DNA from: Gemmatimonadota bacterium
GTDB lineage: Bacteria > Latescibacterota > UBA2968 > UBA8231
Assembly (NCBI GenBank): GCA_038128265.1
Contig: JAYPJE010000017.1
Location: forward strand, 40,819 to 70,621
Length of the DNA: 29,803 nt
Direction: 5' to 3'
Below the pieces are notes generated by a model that was not told the origin of the DNA, ran no database searches, and worked only from the letters and a program-made list of their open reading frames with translations. Position 1 is the stretch's first letter. Each line of letters begins with the position of its first letter. A program made the translations under genes and the position numbers. Below are positions 8,766 through 17,607 of the stretch, one piece after another.

Positions 8766-10070
8766 CTACTCCATCTCCAGCAGACCGGCCTCCATGAGGA
8801 TCATCTCGTGCTCCTCGGCCAGCGCATTGAGCGCGTCCTGCGGTTGGCTAACGCCGTCCAGCGCCTCGCCCAAATGCAGCACGGCCGCGGCCAGCAACTC
8901 GTTGTAGACCGGCACGTTCCAGAAATCGCGCAGGTGGTCGAGCGATTCGGCAAACGTCGCGTTGTAGGGCGACGCGGCGCGAAACGCCTCGCTTTGCAGC
9001 AGCTCGGTATTGGCGGTAAAACAGCCGGGATAGGTGATCCACTTTTCCTGCACCTCGCGCTGCTGAAACCAAGCGATAAACTGCTTGGCCAGCGCCTGCT
9101 GCTCGGGCGTGGTCTTTTTAGAAATGCTAAAGCCCTGCCCACCCAGCGAGACATAGCGCCGGTCGCCGTTGCGCGGCACCTTAAAAAAACCAACCTGATC
9201 GCCCATGCTGGCGACGATGCCCGGATAGAAGGGGAAGTAGTCTAGCACCATGGCCGTCGAACCGTTGCTAAAGGCCTCTAGGTTAAAAAAGTAATCGGCA
9301 TTTTCGCCGCCCTCGGTCGCAAACTGCAGCAGGTCCTTGAAAAACGTCAGTCCCTCAACGGCACCCGCCGAGTTGAGATGGCCCTGCACCTTAAAGGTCT
9401 CCGCATCGCCCCAATCCCCGCCCCAGGCCCAGAGAAAGGGCTGAAAGCCCATGACGATAGAGTCGTAGCCGCGACCCGTCAGCAGCGAGGTGCCGTAGCG
9501 CTTTTGCTCGGGGCGGTGAAAAAACTCGGCCACGTCGCGAAACTCCTGCCACGTATCGGGGGGTGCCAGATCGCGCCCGTAGCGCGCGCTGAAGGCGGCG
9601 CGCTCGCCCTCGTCCTCAAACCAGTCGCGGCGATAGACAAAGCCGATGGCGTCCGTCTCGCAGGGAGCCGCAAAGAACTTGCCGCTGCCGGGCGGATATT
9701 CGCACAGATAGCGCGCCGCGCGCGGATGGATCGTCGAAATATCCACGGCCGAGGGCAGCCAGTCCGTCAGCTCGAGATAGAGCCCCTTGGTGGCCCCGCG
9801 CCCGATCCACTGGCTGTCGCCGATAACGATATCGAAATCCGTCCGGTTATTGCCGAAGTTGAGAAAGACCTGGTCCTGATAAGAAGGCCAGGGAATCTGC
9901 TTAACCTCCACGGCGATTCCCGTCTCGCTCTCGAAATCGTTGCCCAGCTCCTGCAGAGCGGCGGCCGGCTCCCACTGAGCCCACCAGATCGTGATCTTGT
10001 CCTGCGCCTCAACGGCGCCGTACCATGCCAAACACAGCAGGAAAACGGTGCAACGCATTGCTCGTACCAT
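8766..10070 (-). CDS. Carbohydrate ABC transporter extracellular solute-binding protein
   Basis: Signal-peptide-like N-terminus (AVEA-QD), FESETGIAVEV, PPDTWQEF..VAEFF, LGGQG. GGAGG SD before ATG 10070. Confidence 0.92.
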   Translation of the reverse strand: MVRAMRCTVFLLCLAWYGAVEAQDKITIWWAQWEPAAALQELGNDFESETGIAVEVKQIPWPSYQDQVFLNFGNNRTDFDIVIGDSQWIGRGATKGLYLELTDWLPSAVDISTIHPRAARYLCEYPPGSGKFFAAPCETDAIGFVYRRDWFEDEGERAAFSARYGRDLAPPDTWQEFRDVAEFFHRPEQKRYGTSLLTGRGYDSIVMGFQPFLWAWGGDWGDAETFKVQGHLNSAGAVEGLTFFKDLLQFATEGGENADYFFNLEAFSNGSTAMVLDYFPFYPGIVASMGDQVGFFKVPRNGDRRYVSLGGQGFSISKKTTPEQQALAKQFIAWFQQREVQEKWITYPGCFTANTELLQSEAFRAASPYNATFAESLDHLRDFWNVPVYNELLAAAVLHLGEALDGVSQPQDALNALAEEHEMILMEAGLLEME

Positions 10071-10136
10071 GGGTATCCTCCCTTGAAAGCAGGCAATCAA
10101 TCTACACAAGCGACGGGGCGGCGGGCAATGCCCCCT

Positions 10137-10823
10137 TCAAGACGCAGAGAGCGAAAGCGACAGGTCGTCGTTTTCGTAGAGCCACTGCTCCAGCCGCCGT
10201 TTCTTTTCGGCCCACTCGCCGTCGAGCATCGCAAACCACGCCGTATCGCGGTTGCGCCCCTTGACGACAATGTGTTGGCGAAAAAGCCCCTCGTATTGGA
10301 ATCCCAGCCGCTGGGCAGCAGCGCGCGACCTATCGTTGAGCGCGTCGCACTTCCACTCGACCCGACGGTAGTGCAAAACGTCAAACGCCTCACATAGAAG
10401 CAGGAAAACGGCCTCCGTATTGGCGCGCGTGCGCTGCGCAGGCGGCGCGTACCATATGTGCCCGACTTCTACCCGGCGATGTTCTGAAACGATATTCAGA
10501 AAGCTGACTATGCCCAGCGCCGCGCCGCTCGACCGCGCGCGTACCGCAAAGAAAAGCGGGTCCATAGAACGGGCGCCCTCTTCCATCCAGCACCGCATGG
10601 CCTCCGCATCGGCAAAAGGACCATATGGCATATAGGTCCATACGCGATCGCGGTCCCCATCGCCGTGCGTGAGTGGAAAAAGGGTATCGGCATCTTCGCC
10701 CGGGCGCAGTTCGCTTAGCTCTACGTAGCGCCCAACCAGTCCCTTGCGCATGGGAACGCGCTGCGCGACCGGCGCGACCGGCGCCCCGACTCGCTCCTGT
10801 GCCGAATCGGGTGCGCCGCTCAT
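10137..10823 (-). CDS. GNAT N-acetyltransferase, RimJ/RimL family
   Basis: WTYMPYGPF, EVGHIWY, QRTRANTEA, YRRVEWKCDALNDRSRAAAQRLGFQYEGLFRQH, KGRNRDTAWFAM. Confidence 0.92.
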   Translation of the reverse strand: MSGAPDSAQERVGAPVAPVAQRVPMRKGLVGRYVELSELRPGEDADTLFPLTHGDGDRDRVWTYMPYGPFADAEAMRCWMEEGARSMDPLFFAVRARSSGAALGIVSFLNIVSEHRRVEVGHIWYAPPAQRTRANTEAVFLLLCEAFDVLHYRRVEWKCDALNDRSRAAAQRLGFQYEGLFRQHIVVKGRNRDTAWFAMLDGEWAEKKRRLEQWLYENDDLSLSLSAS

Positions 10824-11728
10824 CAGCTCTCCGGCCAGGCGAAGTCCGACTTGAACTCGGCCTTGCCCTGAATACCCAGCCCGCGCACGCGGAAAAGTCC
10901 CCCCCCGCGGTAGCTGGCTCTGTAGTCATCCCAATCGTAGCCAAGCGGATCGAGATCGCTGCCCGGCGGACAGTCAAAAGCGGCCGTCGTAAAATACAAT
11001 TCGTCGAAATCGCTGCCGCCAAACATCACGCTAGAGGTCTGTTTGGCCGGCGTGGCGATGCGGCGCTCTTCCCTGCCATCTGGATCAAAGCGGATAATGC
11101 AGCCGCCAAACCAGTTTGCGCTCCAAACAAAGCCTTCGGCGTCGACGGTCATGCCATCGGGCACGCCGTCCTCGGCTCCCACCTTAACAAAGAGGCGGCG
11201 GTTGGAAAGGGCCGATGTCTCGGCATCGAAATCGTAGGCGTAAATTTCGCGCGCCATCGCGTCGGTGTGATACATGGTCTTCAGATCGGGTGAAAAGCCC
11301 ATGCCGTTCGAACAGCCGATGCCCTCCCCGACAATTTGCAGCGACCCGTCGGTGCCGACGTGATACAAGCGGCCCTTCTCCTCGGGGAAGTAGGTCCCGC
11401 CGAAGGCCGAGCCATCGGGTGCGGCAATCACGTCGTTAAAGCGCAGCAGCTGGCCCTCAAATTCCTCCGGCTGCACGCGCGCCCACTCTTCGTCCGACTT
11501 CCACAGCACTACGCCGTCCCATATAAAGCAGGCATAGCCGCCGGCGGCATTCTGCATGAGACCACCGACGTTAAACCCGCTGTGAATCTGCCTGTTTTCG
11601 CCCGTCTCCGGATCATAGGCAAAGAGACGTCCCGTATGGATATCCGTCCAAACCATCGTACCCTAGTCGGCATTCCAAATTGGCACTTCGCCAACCAGAG
11701 CTTTTTCCTCAGCCACTTTCTCAATTTG
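10823..11728 (-). pseudogene. SMP-30/gluconolactonase/LRE family protein with disrupted 5' end (intact ORF 10823..11656)
   Basis: Body has RFNDV, SNGMGFSPD, PDGMTVDAEG, SSVMFGG. Family-like sequence continues upstream in the same frame as QIEKVAEEKALVGEVPIWNAD*GTMVWTDI, with an in-frame TAG at 11663-11665. Family call is secure; pseudogene versus assembly error is not. Confidence 0.7.
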
Positions 11729-11790
11729 CTAGAAGCTACCCTACTGTTTTGCGAGTAAGATACGAAAAGGCACAGACTAGCTCAACGCAG

Positions 11791-11819
11791 TTGACAGCAC
11801 CCCAACCTGTGCACACAAT
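11791..11819 (+). promoter_or_regulatory. Putative sigma70-type promoter of the GNAT-uxuA unit
   Basis: TTGACA (11791-11796), 17-nt spacer, CACAAT (11814-11819), ending 7 nt before ATG 11827. Confidence 0.55.
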
Positions 11820-11826
11820 AAGCGCC

Positions 11827-12342
11827 ATGATCAGCGTGCGCGATGCGACCGAGGCCGATCTACCGGCCATTGTCGACATCTATAACCAGTCCATTCCAGC
11901 CGGCCGCTCCACCGCCGATACGCAGCCGATTTGCGTTGAAGAACGCCGCACGTGGTTTGCTCAATTCTCGCCCGAAAAGCGGCCTATATGGGTTGCTGAA
12001 CGAGGGCAACAGATTATCGGCTGCATCTACATTACCTCGTTTTACGGCGGCCGTCCCGCCTACGATAAAACCGCCGAGGTCAGCCTGTATTTAGCCAACG
12101 ACGTGCAGGGGCAGGGCATCGGCACCGACCTGATGCAGCGCATGATCGACGCCTGTCCGCGCCTTGGCGTAACGACGCTGATCGGCATGCATTTTGATCA
12201 CAACGAAGCCACGTGCCGCCTTAACGACCGCTTTGGCTTCCAGCGGGTCGGCCACCTGCCCGAAATCGCCGAAGTGCACGGCCAAAAGCGCGGCTTGCTC
12301 ATTTCTATCCTGCGCATTCCCCCTCCCCAATCGCTCCCGTAG
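11827..12342 (+). CDS. GNAT N-acetyltransferase, phosphinothricin/methionine-sulfoximine acetyltransferase (Pat/YncA-like)
   Basis: MISVRDATEADLPAIVDIYNQSI, RPAYDKTAEVSLYL, acetyl-CoA motif QGQGIG, N.AT..L..RFGF..VG. Confidence 0.88.
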   Translation: MISVRDATEADLPAIVDIYNQSIPAGRSTADTQPICVEERRTWFAQFSPEKRPIWVAERGQQIIGCIYITSFYGGRPAYDKTAEVSLYLANDVQGQGIGTDLMQRMIDACPRLGVTTLIGMHFDHNEATCRLNDRFGFQRVGHLPEIAEVHGQKRGLLISILRIPPPQSLP

Positions 12343-12355
12343 CCTACGAGGCCCC

Positions 12356-13294
12356 ATGTTTATTCAAGACCAGCTGCCCCATCAGCGCGTCACGGACGAG
12401 AACCTCGCCTTTTTCAAGGCGATTGGCGTCGACTACCTGACGATTTACCCTCCGCCGGCCCTGCAGACCTACGCCGATATGGCTGAGTATTTTAAGCGCG
12501 CGCGCCGCCAGGCCGAACGCCACGGCCTGCGCCTCTACAACGCCGCCGTCGTCGGCCCCGACGAGATCACCCTGGGCCTGGAGGATCGCGACGCCAAAAT
12601 AGAGGAATACTGCAACTGGATCCGCGCTCTTGGCACCGCCGGCGTGCCGACGCTGGGCTACAACTTTAAGCCCGTCGGCAACTTCCGCACGCCCTCGGCA
12701 ACGGGACGCGGTGGGGCTCAGTACAGCACTTTTGTATGGGACGAGTACGAGGCCGAGGGCAAAGACTTTCCCGACAAGCACATCGGCGCAGAAGCGCTCT
12801 TTGAAAACCTGCGCTATTTCCACCAGCGCATCGTGCCGGTCGCCGAAGAAGCGAATGTGACACTGGCATTGCACCCCGACGATCCGCCGATACCCCAGGT
12901 CATGGGCGGCGCGGCGCGCATCGTCTCTTCGCTGGCGCAGTACGAGCGCATTTTTTCGACGACGCCGAGCGCACACAACGCCATGCTATTCTGCCAGGGC
13001 TGCGTGCGCGAAATGGGCGAGGACGTGCCCGAGGCGATACGGCGGATGCGCGACAAGATATGCTACGTGCACTTCCGCAATATCCGCGGCACCCCGCGCT
13101 CCTTTCGCGAGGTGTTCATCGACGAGGGGGACGTCGATATGTTTGCCGCCATGCAAACCTATCGGGAAGTCGGCTTTAACGGGCCCTTTATGATGGATCA
13201 CACCCCGCGCATCCCCGGCGACCGCGACCAGCGCGAGGGGCACGCTTACGCCGTGGGCTTTATCCGCGCCATGATACAGGCCGTATATCGATAA
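12356..13294 (+). CDS. uxuA: Mannonate dehydratase family protein (UxuA-like TIM barrel)
   Basis: YNFKP, PVAEEANVTLALHPDDPP, FCQGC, YVHFRN, FIDEGDVDM, MDHTP, YAVGFIRAM. GAGG SD before ATG 12356. Substrate may differ from mannonate. Confidence 0.85.
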   Translation: MFIQDQLPHQRVTDENLAFFKAIGVDYLTIYPPPALQTYADMAEYFKRARRQAERHGLRLYNAAVVGPDEITLGLEDRDAKIEEYCNWIRALGTAGVPTLGYNFKPVGNFRTPSATGRGGAQYSTFVWDEYEAEGKDFPDKHIGAEALFENLRYFHQRIVPVAEEANVTLALHPDDPPIPQVMGGAARIVSSLAQYERIFSTTPSAHNAMLFCQGCVREMGEDVPEAIRRMRDKICYVHFRNIRGTPRSFREVFIDEGDVDMFAAMQTYREVGFNGPFMMDHTPRIPGDRDQREGHAYAVGFIRAMIQAVYR

Positions 13295-13307
13295 ACGGCC
13301 GCCCAAA

Positions 13308-13370
13308 GGCTCAGCCCGCTCCACCTCAGAGGGGAGCGGGCTGAGTCCGCTGCAAAGCAGCTATATTTTT
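13308..13370. terminator. Inverted-repeat hairpin(s) between convergent genes, probable terminator
   Basis: CTCAGCCCGCTCC (13310-13322) pairs perfectly with GGAGCGGGCTGAG (13333-13345). A second short stem GCTGC-AAA-GCAGC (13349-13361) is followed by TATATTTTT. Confidence 0.65.
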
Positions 13371-13376
13371 GCCGAA

Positions 13377-14552
13377 CTACTGCGCGCTTGCCGCCGCCAC
13401 AATGCCCGCTGCCATCTTGTTCACCCGCGCCCGCGAGTTGTTGGGATGCATGGGGATCAGCACCGAGCGCGCCAAAATGCGCAGCGATTTTTCGCACATA
13501 TCTTCGCTATACTCGATGCGCGCCTTTTTGTTAGCCGGGATCTTAAACGGATCGAGCGCCGGGTGGTGAGCCCCCTGATAGCGCAGTATCGGCTCCCAGC
13601 GCGTGTAGACGTGGCGCCCCGTGTCCATCGGCAGAAAGTTGCCCACGCCCTGGGCCTTGAGCCGATTGCTAAAGCCGCGCGCCGCCCCTTCCGTGCGGAA
13701 TGCAAAGCCTAAATGCGTCCCACATTCATGATCTATGCTATTGTTTTTTATTGATTTTAGCCCTGCCTTAATACCCGTTTGCAGCAGCGTCTTCTTGTGC
13801 TCGCGCATGGTCTTCAACATGCCCTTGATCCGGCGCAGCTGCGCATTGAGAACGGCCCCTTCGATTTCCGAGGCGCGAAAATTGTGGCCGGCAAACTGCA
13901 AGTCTTCGCGATCCTCATCCGGATTCCAGTAGAACGAACAGCAGTCCACCGCCACCGAGCCGCGCTGGTAGACGCGTTCGTCGTTGGTGACAAAAGCCCC
14001 ACCTTCGCCACAGGTCATGTTTTTAAAGAAGTTAAAGCTAAAAGCACCGGCGTCTCCCCACGATCCGAGCGGTTTGCCCTCGTAGCCACCGCCCACCGCT
14101 TGGCAGGCATCTTCAAGGACCAAGATGTCGTTTTTCTTGGCGATCGACACGATCTTTTTCATATCGCAGGGCAGCCCGACCATATGCACTGGGATAACGG
14201 CGCGCGTGTGCTCCGTTATGCGCTTTTTAAAGTCGTTAGGGCACAGGGTCAACGAGGCATCGACATCGGCAATCACCGGAATCGCCCCAGCGGCTAGCAC
14301 GGCCAGCGCCGTCGCCATGTATGTGTACGAAGGCACGATCACCTGATCGCCCGGCCCAACGCCCATGCCAACGAGCGCCGTGTAGAGCGCGGCCGTGCCC
14401 GAGCGCGACAAGCGGCAGTGGTCGACGCCGACGTAGCGCGCCCAGCCCTTTTCGAATCGGTCACACTCACCGCCCATACCGTAGCGAAAGATATTGCCAC
14501 TCTCAAAGAGGTCGCCAATGCGCTTCAGTTCGGCTTCACCTATGCGGTACAT
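13377..14552 (-). CDS. DegT/DnrJ/EryC1/StrS PLP-dependent aminotransferase
   Basis: SGTAAL, GVGPGDQVIVP, LEDACQAVGG, FSFNFFKNMTCGEGG (PLP lysine). AGGAGG SD. Confidence 0.93.
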   Translation of the reverse strand: MYRIGEAELKRIGDLFESGNIFRYGMGGECDRFEKGWARYVGVDHCRLSRSGTAALYTALVGMGVGPGDQVIVPSYTYMATALAVLAAGAIPVIADVDASLTLCPNDFKKRITEHTRAVIPVHMVGLPCDMKKIVSIAKKNDILVLEDACQAVGGGYEGKPLGSWGDAGAFSFNFFKNMTCGEGGAFVTNDERVYQRGSVAVDCCSFYWNPDEDREDLQFAGHNFRASEIEGAVLNAQLRRIKGMLKTMREHKKTLLQTGIKAGLKSIKNNSIDHECGTHLGFAFRTEGAARGFSNRLKAQGVGNFLPMDTGRHVYTRWEPILRYQGAHHPALDPFKIPANKKARIEYSEDMCEKSLRILARSVLIPMHPNNSRARVNKMAAGIVAAASAQ

Positions 14553-16311
14553 ACCTGCCTCCTAGGTTGCATTCGATGGGCACACAATGGCGCACCGAAT
14601 TGATTAAAAAGATACTGTCCGCTCGTTCCATGTCTGCTATTGTGAGCGTTTTTTCTCCTATCTTGCCCTGCGCCAACAGCTCGGCGCGCAGGGTGCCCGG
14701 CAGCAGTCCGCAGGCAATGGGCGGCGTCCACCGCTCATCTCCTATATGGACCACCAGATTGCCAATGCAAAACTCCGTCACTTCGCCGCGTTCGTTAAAG
14801 AGCAGAACCTCTTCGCCTGCGGGCACATCGGCAGCAGCCCGTTCGTAGACCGTCCGATGCGTCGTCTTATGGTACAGAAAGGGATCGGCGCTGTCGACCG
14901 GTTCCCGGGCCAGATGGGCGCGCATGGGCGCTGCGTTGACGGCCCCCAACTCGATGCTCTCTAGGGCGACGGCGCCGCCCACTCCAAGCAGCAGTCGTAC
15001 GCGCATTCTCTTGCCCCCAAACGTTTTACTCTGATCGAATAGGCGCGCTCTGACGTCGTCTATATCGCATTCGAAGCCCCAATAGGCTGCCGAATCGACC
15101 AATCGCTGCAGGTGGCGCTCGAGCAGGTAGTAGGACGCACCGTCCCACAGTAGGGTCTCCAGTAGGTCAAAATTCGGCCGGCGCGCCGACAGCACATGCG
15201 CCTTTATTAGGCACTCGTCGTATTCGCTCTGCGCCGAAGAGTCCCAGGTAATGCCGCCGCCGACGCCAAATTCCAACTCGCCGCGCGCCCGATCCAAATG
15301 CGCGGTGCGAATGGCCACGTTGAAACAGGCCTCCCCGCCGGGCGAGACAAAGCCAATACAGCCGGTGTAAATGCCGCGCGGACCCGCTTCGAGGGCGCGA
15401 ATAAGTTCCATCGTGCGCACCTTGGGCGCCCCTGTCACCGACGCGCAGGGGAAGAGCGCCGCCAGGAGTTCGGCCAGCCCCACATCCGCTCGCAGACGCG
15501 ATCGCACCGTCGACGTGAGCTGCCACAGCGTGGGATAGCGCTCGGCGCTAAATAGGGCTGGGGCCTCCACGCTACCCACTTCAGATATACGACCTAAATC
15601 GTTGCGCAACATATCTGTAATCATGACATTCTCAGCGCGCTCTTTAGGTGATGAACGCAGCTGATCAGCCATACTCAGATCCTCTTCTGCCCAGCGTCCA
15701 CGGCGGCGCGTCCCCTTCATCGGTCGCGTTTCGAGCACTCCGTCGCGCAGGCGAAAAAAGAGTTCGGGCGAGGCCGAGATCACGGCGTGCTCGCCGTCGT
15801 CCAGACAGGCGGCAAAAGGCGCCTGCTGTGCGCGCCCCAGCGCGGCGTATAGCGCCTCGGCATCGCCCTCGAAACGGGCGCGCAGGCGAAAGGTGTAGTT
15901 CACCTGATAGCTGTCTCCCGCCGCCAAATGCGCCCTGATCGTCGCGATGGCCTCGTCGTAGTCGGAACGAGTGACCGAAGGCTGCCAGTCCAGTGTATCC
16001 CCGCAGTCTTCCGGCAGCCCTTCTCCGGCGGCGATGACGCGCTTTTCCCTGTAAAAGCAAAAACGCGCCAGCGGCAGCGCGCCGGCCTCGTGCGTTAACA
16101 GGCGCTCGTCCAAGGCCGATGCCGCCTCGTAGCTCACATAGCCGACGGCGTGCAGCCCCTCGCCCACAGCCGCTTCCACCGCATCGAGCAGAGGGCCTAC
16201 CTCACCCGGGCGACGCGCTTCAACGGCCCCCCCGGGCACGGCAAATACATGGGATTGCTCACCTTCCCTGCGGGCGAAGGAATCGAACCTAGCCACCTTA
16301 AAAAAGTCCAC
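14536..16311 (-). CDS. pabB: Aminodeoxychorismate synthase component I fused to a class IV aminotransferase (ADC lyase) domain
   Basis: GDSYQVNYT, SASPELFF, RPMKGT, KERAENVMITDMLRNDLGR, FPCASVTGAPK, FNVAIRT, GVGGGIT. C-terminal LLETL...HLQRL...LYHKTTHR...GLLPGTLR...NSVR. Confidence 0.93.
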   Translation of the reverse strand: MDFFKVARFDSFARREGEQSHVFAVPGGAVEARRPGEVGPLLDAVEAAVGEGLHAVGYVSYEAASALDERLLTHEAGALPLARFCFYREKRVIAAGEGLPEDCGDTLDWQPSVTRSDYDEAIATIRAHLAAGDSYQVNYTFRLRARFEGDAEALYAALGRAQQAPFAACLDDGEHAVISASPELFFRLRDGVLETRPMKGTRRRGRWAEEDLSMADQLRSSPKERAENVMITDMLRNDLGRISEVGSVEAPALFSAERYPTLWQLTSTVRSRLRADVGLAELLAALFPCASVTGAPKVRTMELIRALEAGPRGIYTGCIGFVSPGGEACFNVAIRTAHLDRARGELEFGVGGGITWDSSAQSEYDECLIKAHVLSARRPNFDLLETLLWDGASYYLLERHLQRLVDSAAYWGFECDIDDVRARLFDQSKTFGGKRMRVRLLLGVGGAVALESIELGAVNAAPMRAHLAREPVDSADPFLYHKTTHRTVYERAAADVPAGEEVLLFNERGEVTEFCIGNLVVHIGDERWTPPIACGLLPGTLRAELLAQGKIGEKTLTIADMERADSIFLINSVRHCVPIECNLGGRYVPHR

Positions 16312-16355
16312 TATCTAATTGCAGTCCTTATACTTATAAGAAAAACTTATACCTT

Positions 16356-17597
16356 TTATGCAAAAGCCAGCTGACGAAACGCACGCACCCGATGCAGCGT
16401 TATTAAATTGCCATCGTGTGCGCTTTTGGCCCGCTCGTCACCCGAGCGCGACAGCACCAAAAGGTCATCCCCGTCGACGACCATGCTGGCATAGTGCCGC
16501 GCCTGCTGCGGCGTCTCCCCTCTGGCCACGACCCCGGCAAAGCACCAGTCAAGGCAGTTGCGCGAAAAGTACAGCCCGAGAATATGGCGCTCGTTGTTGG
16601 GCAGGTTGTAGCGCTCGGGCGGCAGGTCGTCGGGCCTGCGCATGCTATCGGTAGCCACGCTCGACAGCAGCCAGTAGCGTTGACCGATCGCATCCCAGAG
16701 CATGTGAAAGCGCATATGGCCCCCAGGACAGGGCACGTAGAGCACCTCGTCTCCGGCCGGCGTGCGCTCCAACTCGGTGCGCATCTGCCCGTTTTCCCCC
16801 TCGACCACCTTGGCGATGCAGGCCAGATTGGTACCTCCGGTATGGGCGCGCATCCACAGGTGCAGCGTGCGACCCTGCGGATCGTGCCAAACGTGGCCCG
16901 GATCGGCGAATTCTACCACGTTGGTCTCCAACCAGCCGGGCGGATTCATAACGCGTTTCCCCGCGCTGTCAACCGCTCCATCAGCCCAGAGCGGAACCGG
17001 CACCAGGGCGGGTTTGTCGGCCAGTTCATAGAAGCTCAGTTCACTGGCATAGGACCAACTCTCCCTGTGGGTTAGATCATCGTTGACCCGGGCGCGCATC
17101 AGCACTGGAGCCAGTTCGCTCACCGGCCACCCCGCATGGCGAAAGCGCGTGCGGCGCTCCATCACTAGGTAGACCCAATCTCCTCTGTAGTGCACGTTGC
17201 AGGCCGATTGGTGCCAGTGCTGTCCCTCCGTCAGGAAAACCGGATCACCCCAGGTCACTCCCCCATCGTCGGAGCGCATCACGCACAGGTCGGCATCGTG
17301 TCCCAGCACGTAGACGGCCTCACCAGCGACAAAGGGACGGGCATGCATAAACGGGAAGAGCGACCGCGCAGCCCAGGTCTGGCCGCCGTCGTCTGAGGTC
17401 CACACCCGGCCCTGCCAGGCGTTTTTGCCCTCGCCGCGCACTCCCTTCGGCCCGGGTAAGTCGATTACGCCAGCTCCCCCCTGATCCATTGTCGCCACCA
17501 GCCTTCCATCCGACAAACGGACTAACCCGGGCGAATAGGCGTATATACGCAGCGGATCGGGCGACTCATACAGCGTTATGAACTCATTGGCTAACAA
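16356..17597 (-). CDS. Asp-box/BNR repeat (sialidase-like beta-propeller) protein
   Basis: Asp-boxes TSDDGGQTW and RSDDGGVTW plus a degenerate FSRNCLDW. No obvious signal peptide. TTG start uncertain. Confidence 0.75.
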   Translation of the reverse strand: MLANEFITLYESPDPLRIYAYSPGLVRLSDGRLVATMDQGGAGVIDLPGPKGVRGEGKNAWQGRVWTSDDGGQTWAARSLFPFMHARPFVAGEAVYVLGHDADLCVMRSDDGGVTWGDPVFLTEGQHWHQSACNVHYRGDWVYLVMERRTRFRHAGWPVSELAPVLMRARVNDDLTHRESWSYASELSFYELADKPALVPVPLWADGAVDSAGKRVMNPPGWLETNVVEFADPGHVWHDPQGRTLHLWMRAHTGGTNLACIAKVVEGENGQMRTELERTPAGDEVLYVPCPGGHMRFHMLWDAIGQRYWLLSSVATDSMRRPDDLPPERYNLPNNERHILGLYFSRNCLDWCFAGVVARGETPQQARHYASMVVDGDDLLVLSRSGDERAKSAHDGNLITLHRVRAFRQLAFA

Positions 17598-17607
17598 TGG
17601 ATTAACC

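Noticed and set aside
9378..10397. 339-aa plus-strand ORF and other long antisense or alternate-frame ORFs (159..869, 2828..3526, 19300..20079, 28988..29671)
   Set aside because: Shadows of well-supported genes, expected in high-GC DNA, with no recognisable motifs.
10763..10790. Short tandem repeat CGCGACCGG x2
   Set aside because: It encodes APVAPV in a GNAT N-terminal linker and is too short to be meaningful.
11663..11665. Amber recoding (pyrrolysine or alternative genetic code)
   Set aside because: TAG is the evident normal stop of many genes here (SSS, SBP, Pat, DegT, dehydratase, sulfatase), and no pyl genes are visible.
11680..11826. N-terminal extensions given by the ORF track (Pat from 11680, uxuA from 12194, SDR from 21823, dehydratase from 21773, permease from 8124)
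   Set aside because: They overlap neighbouring genes or promoters. Downstream starts match family N-termini and SD or coupling signals.
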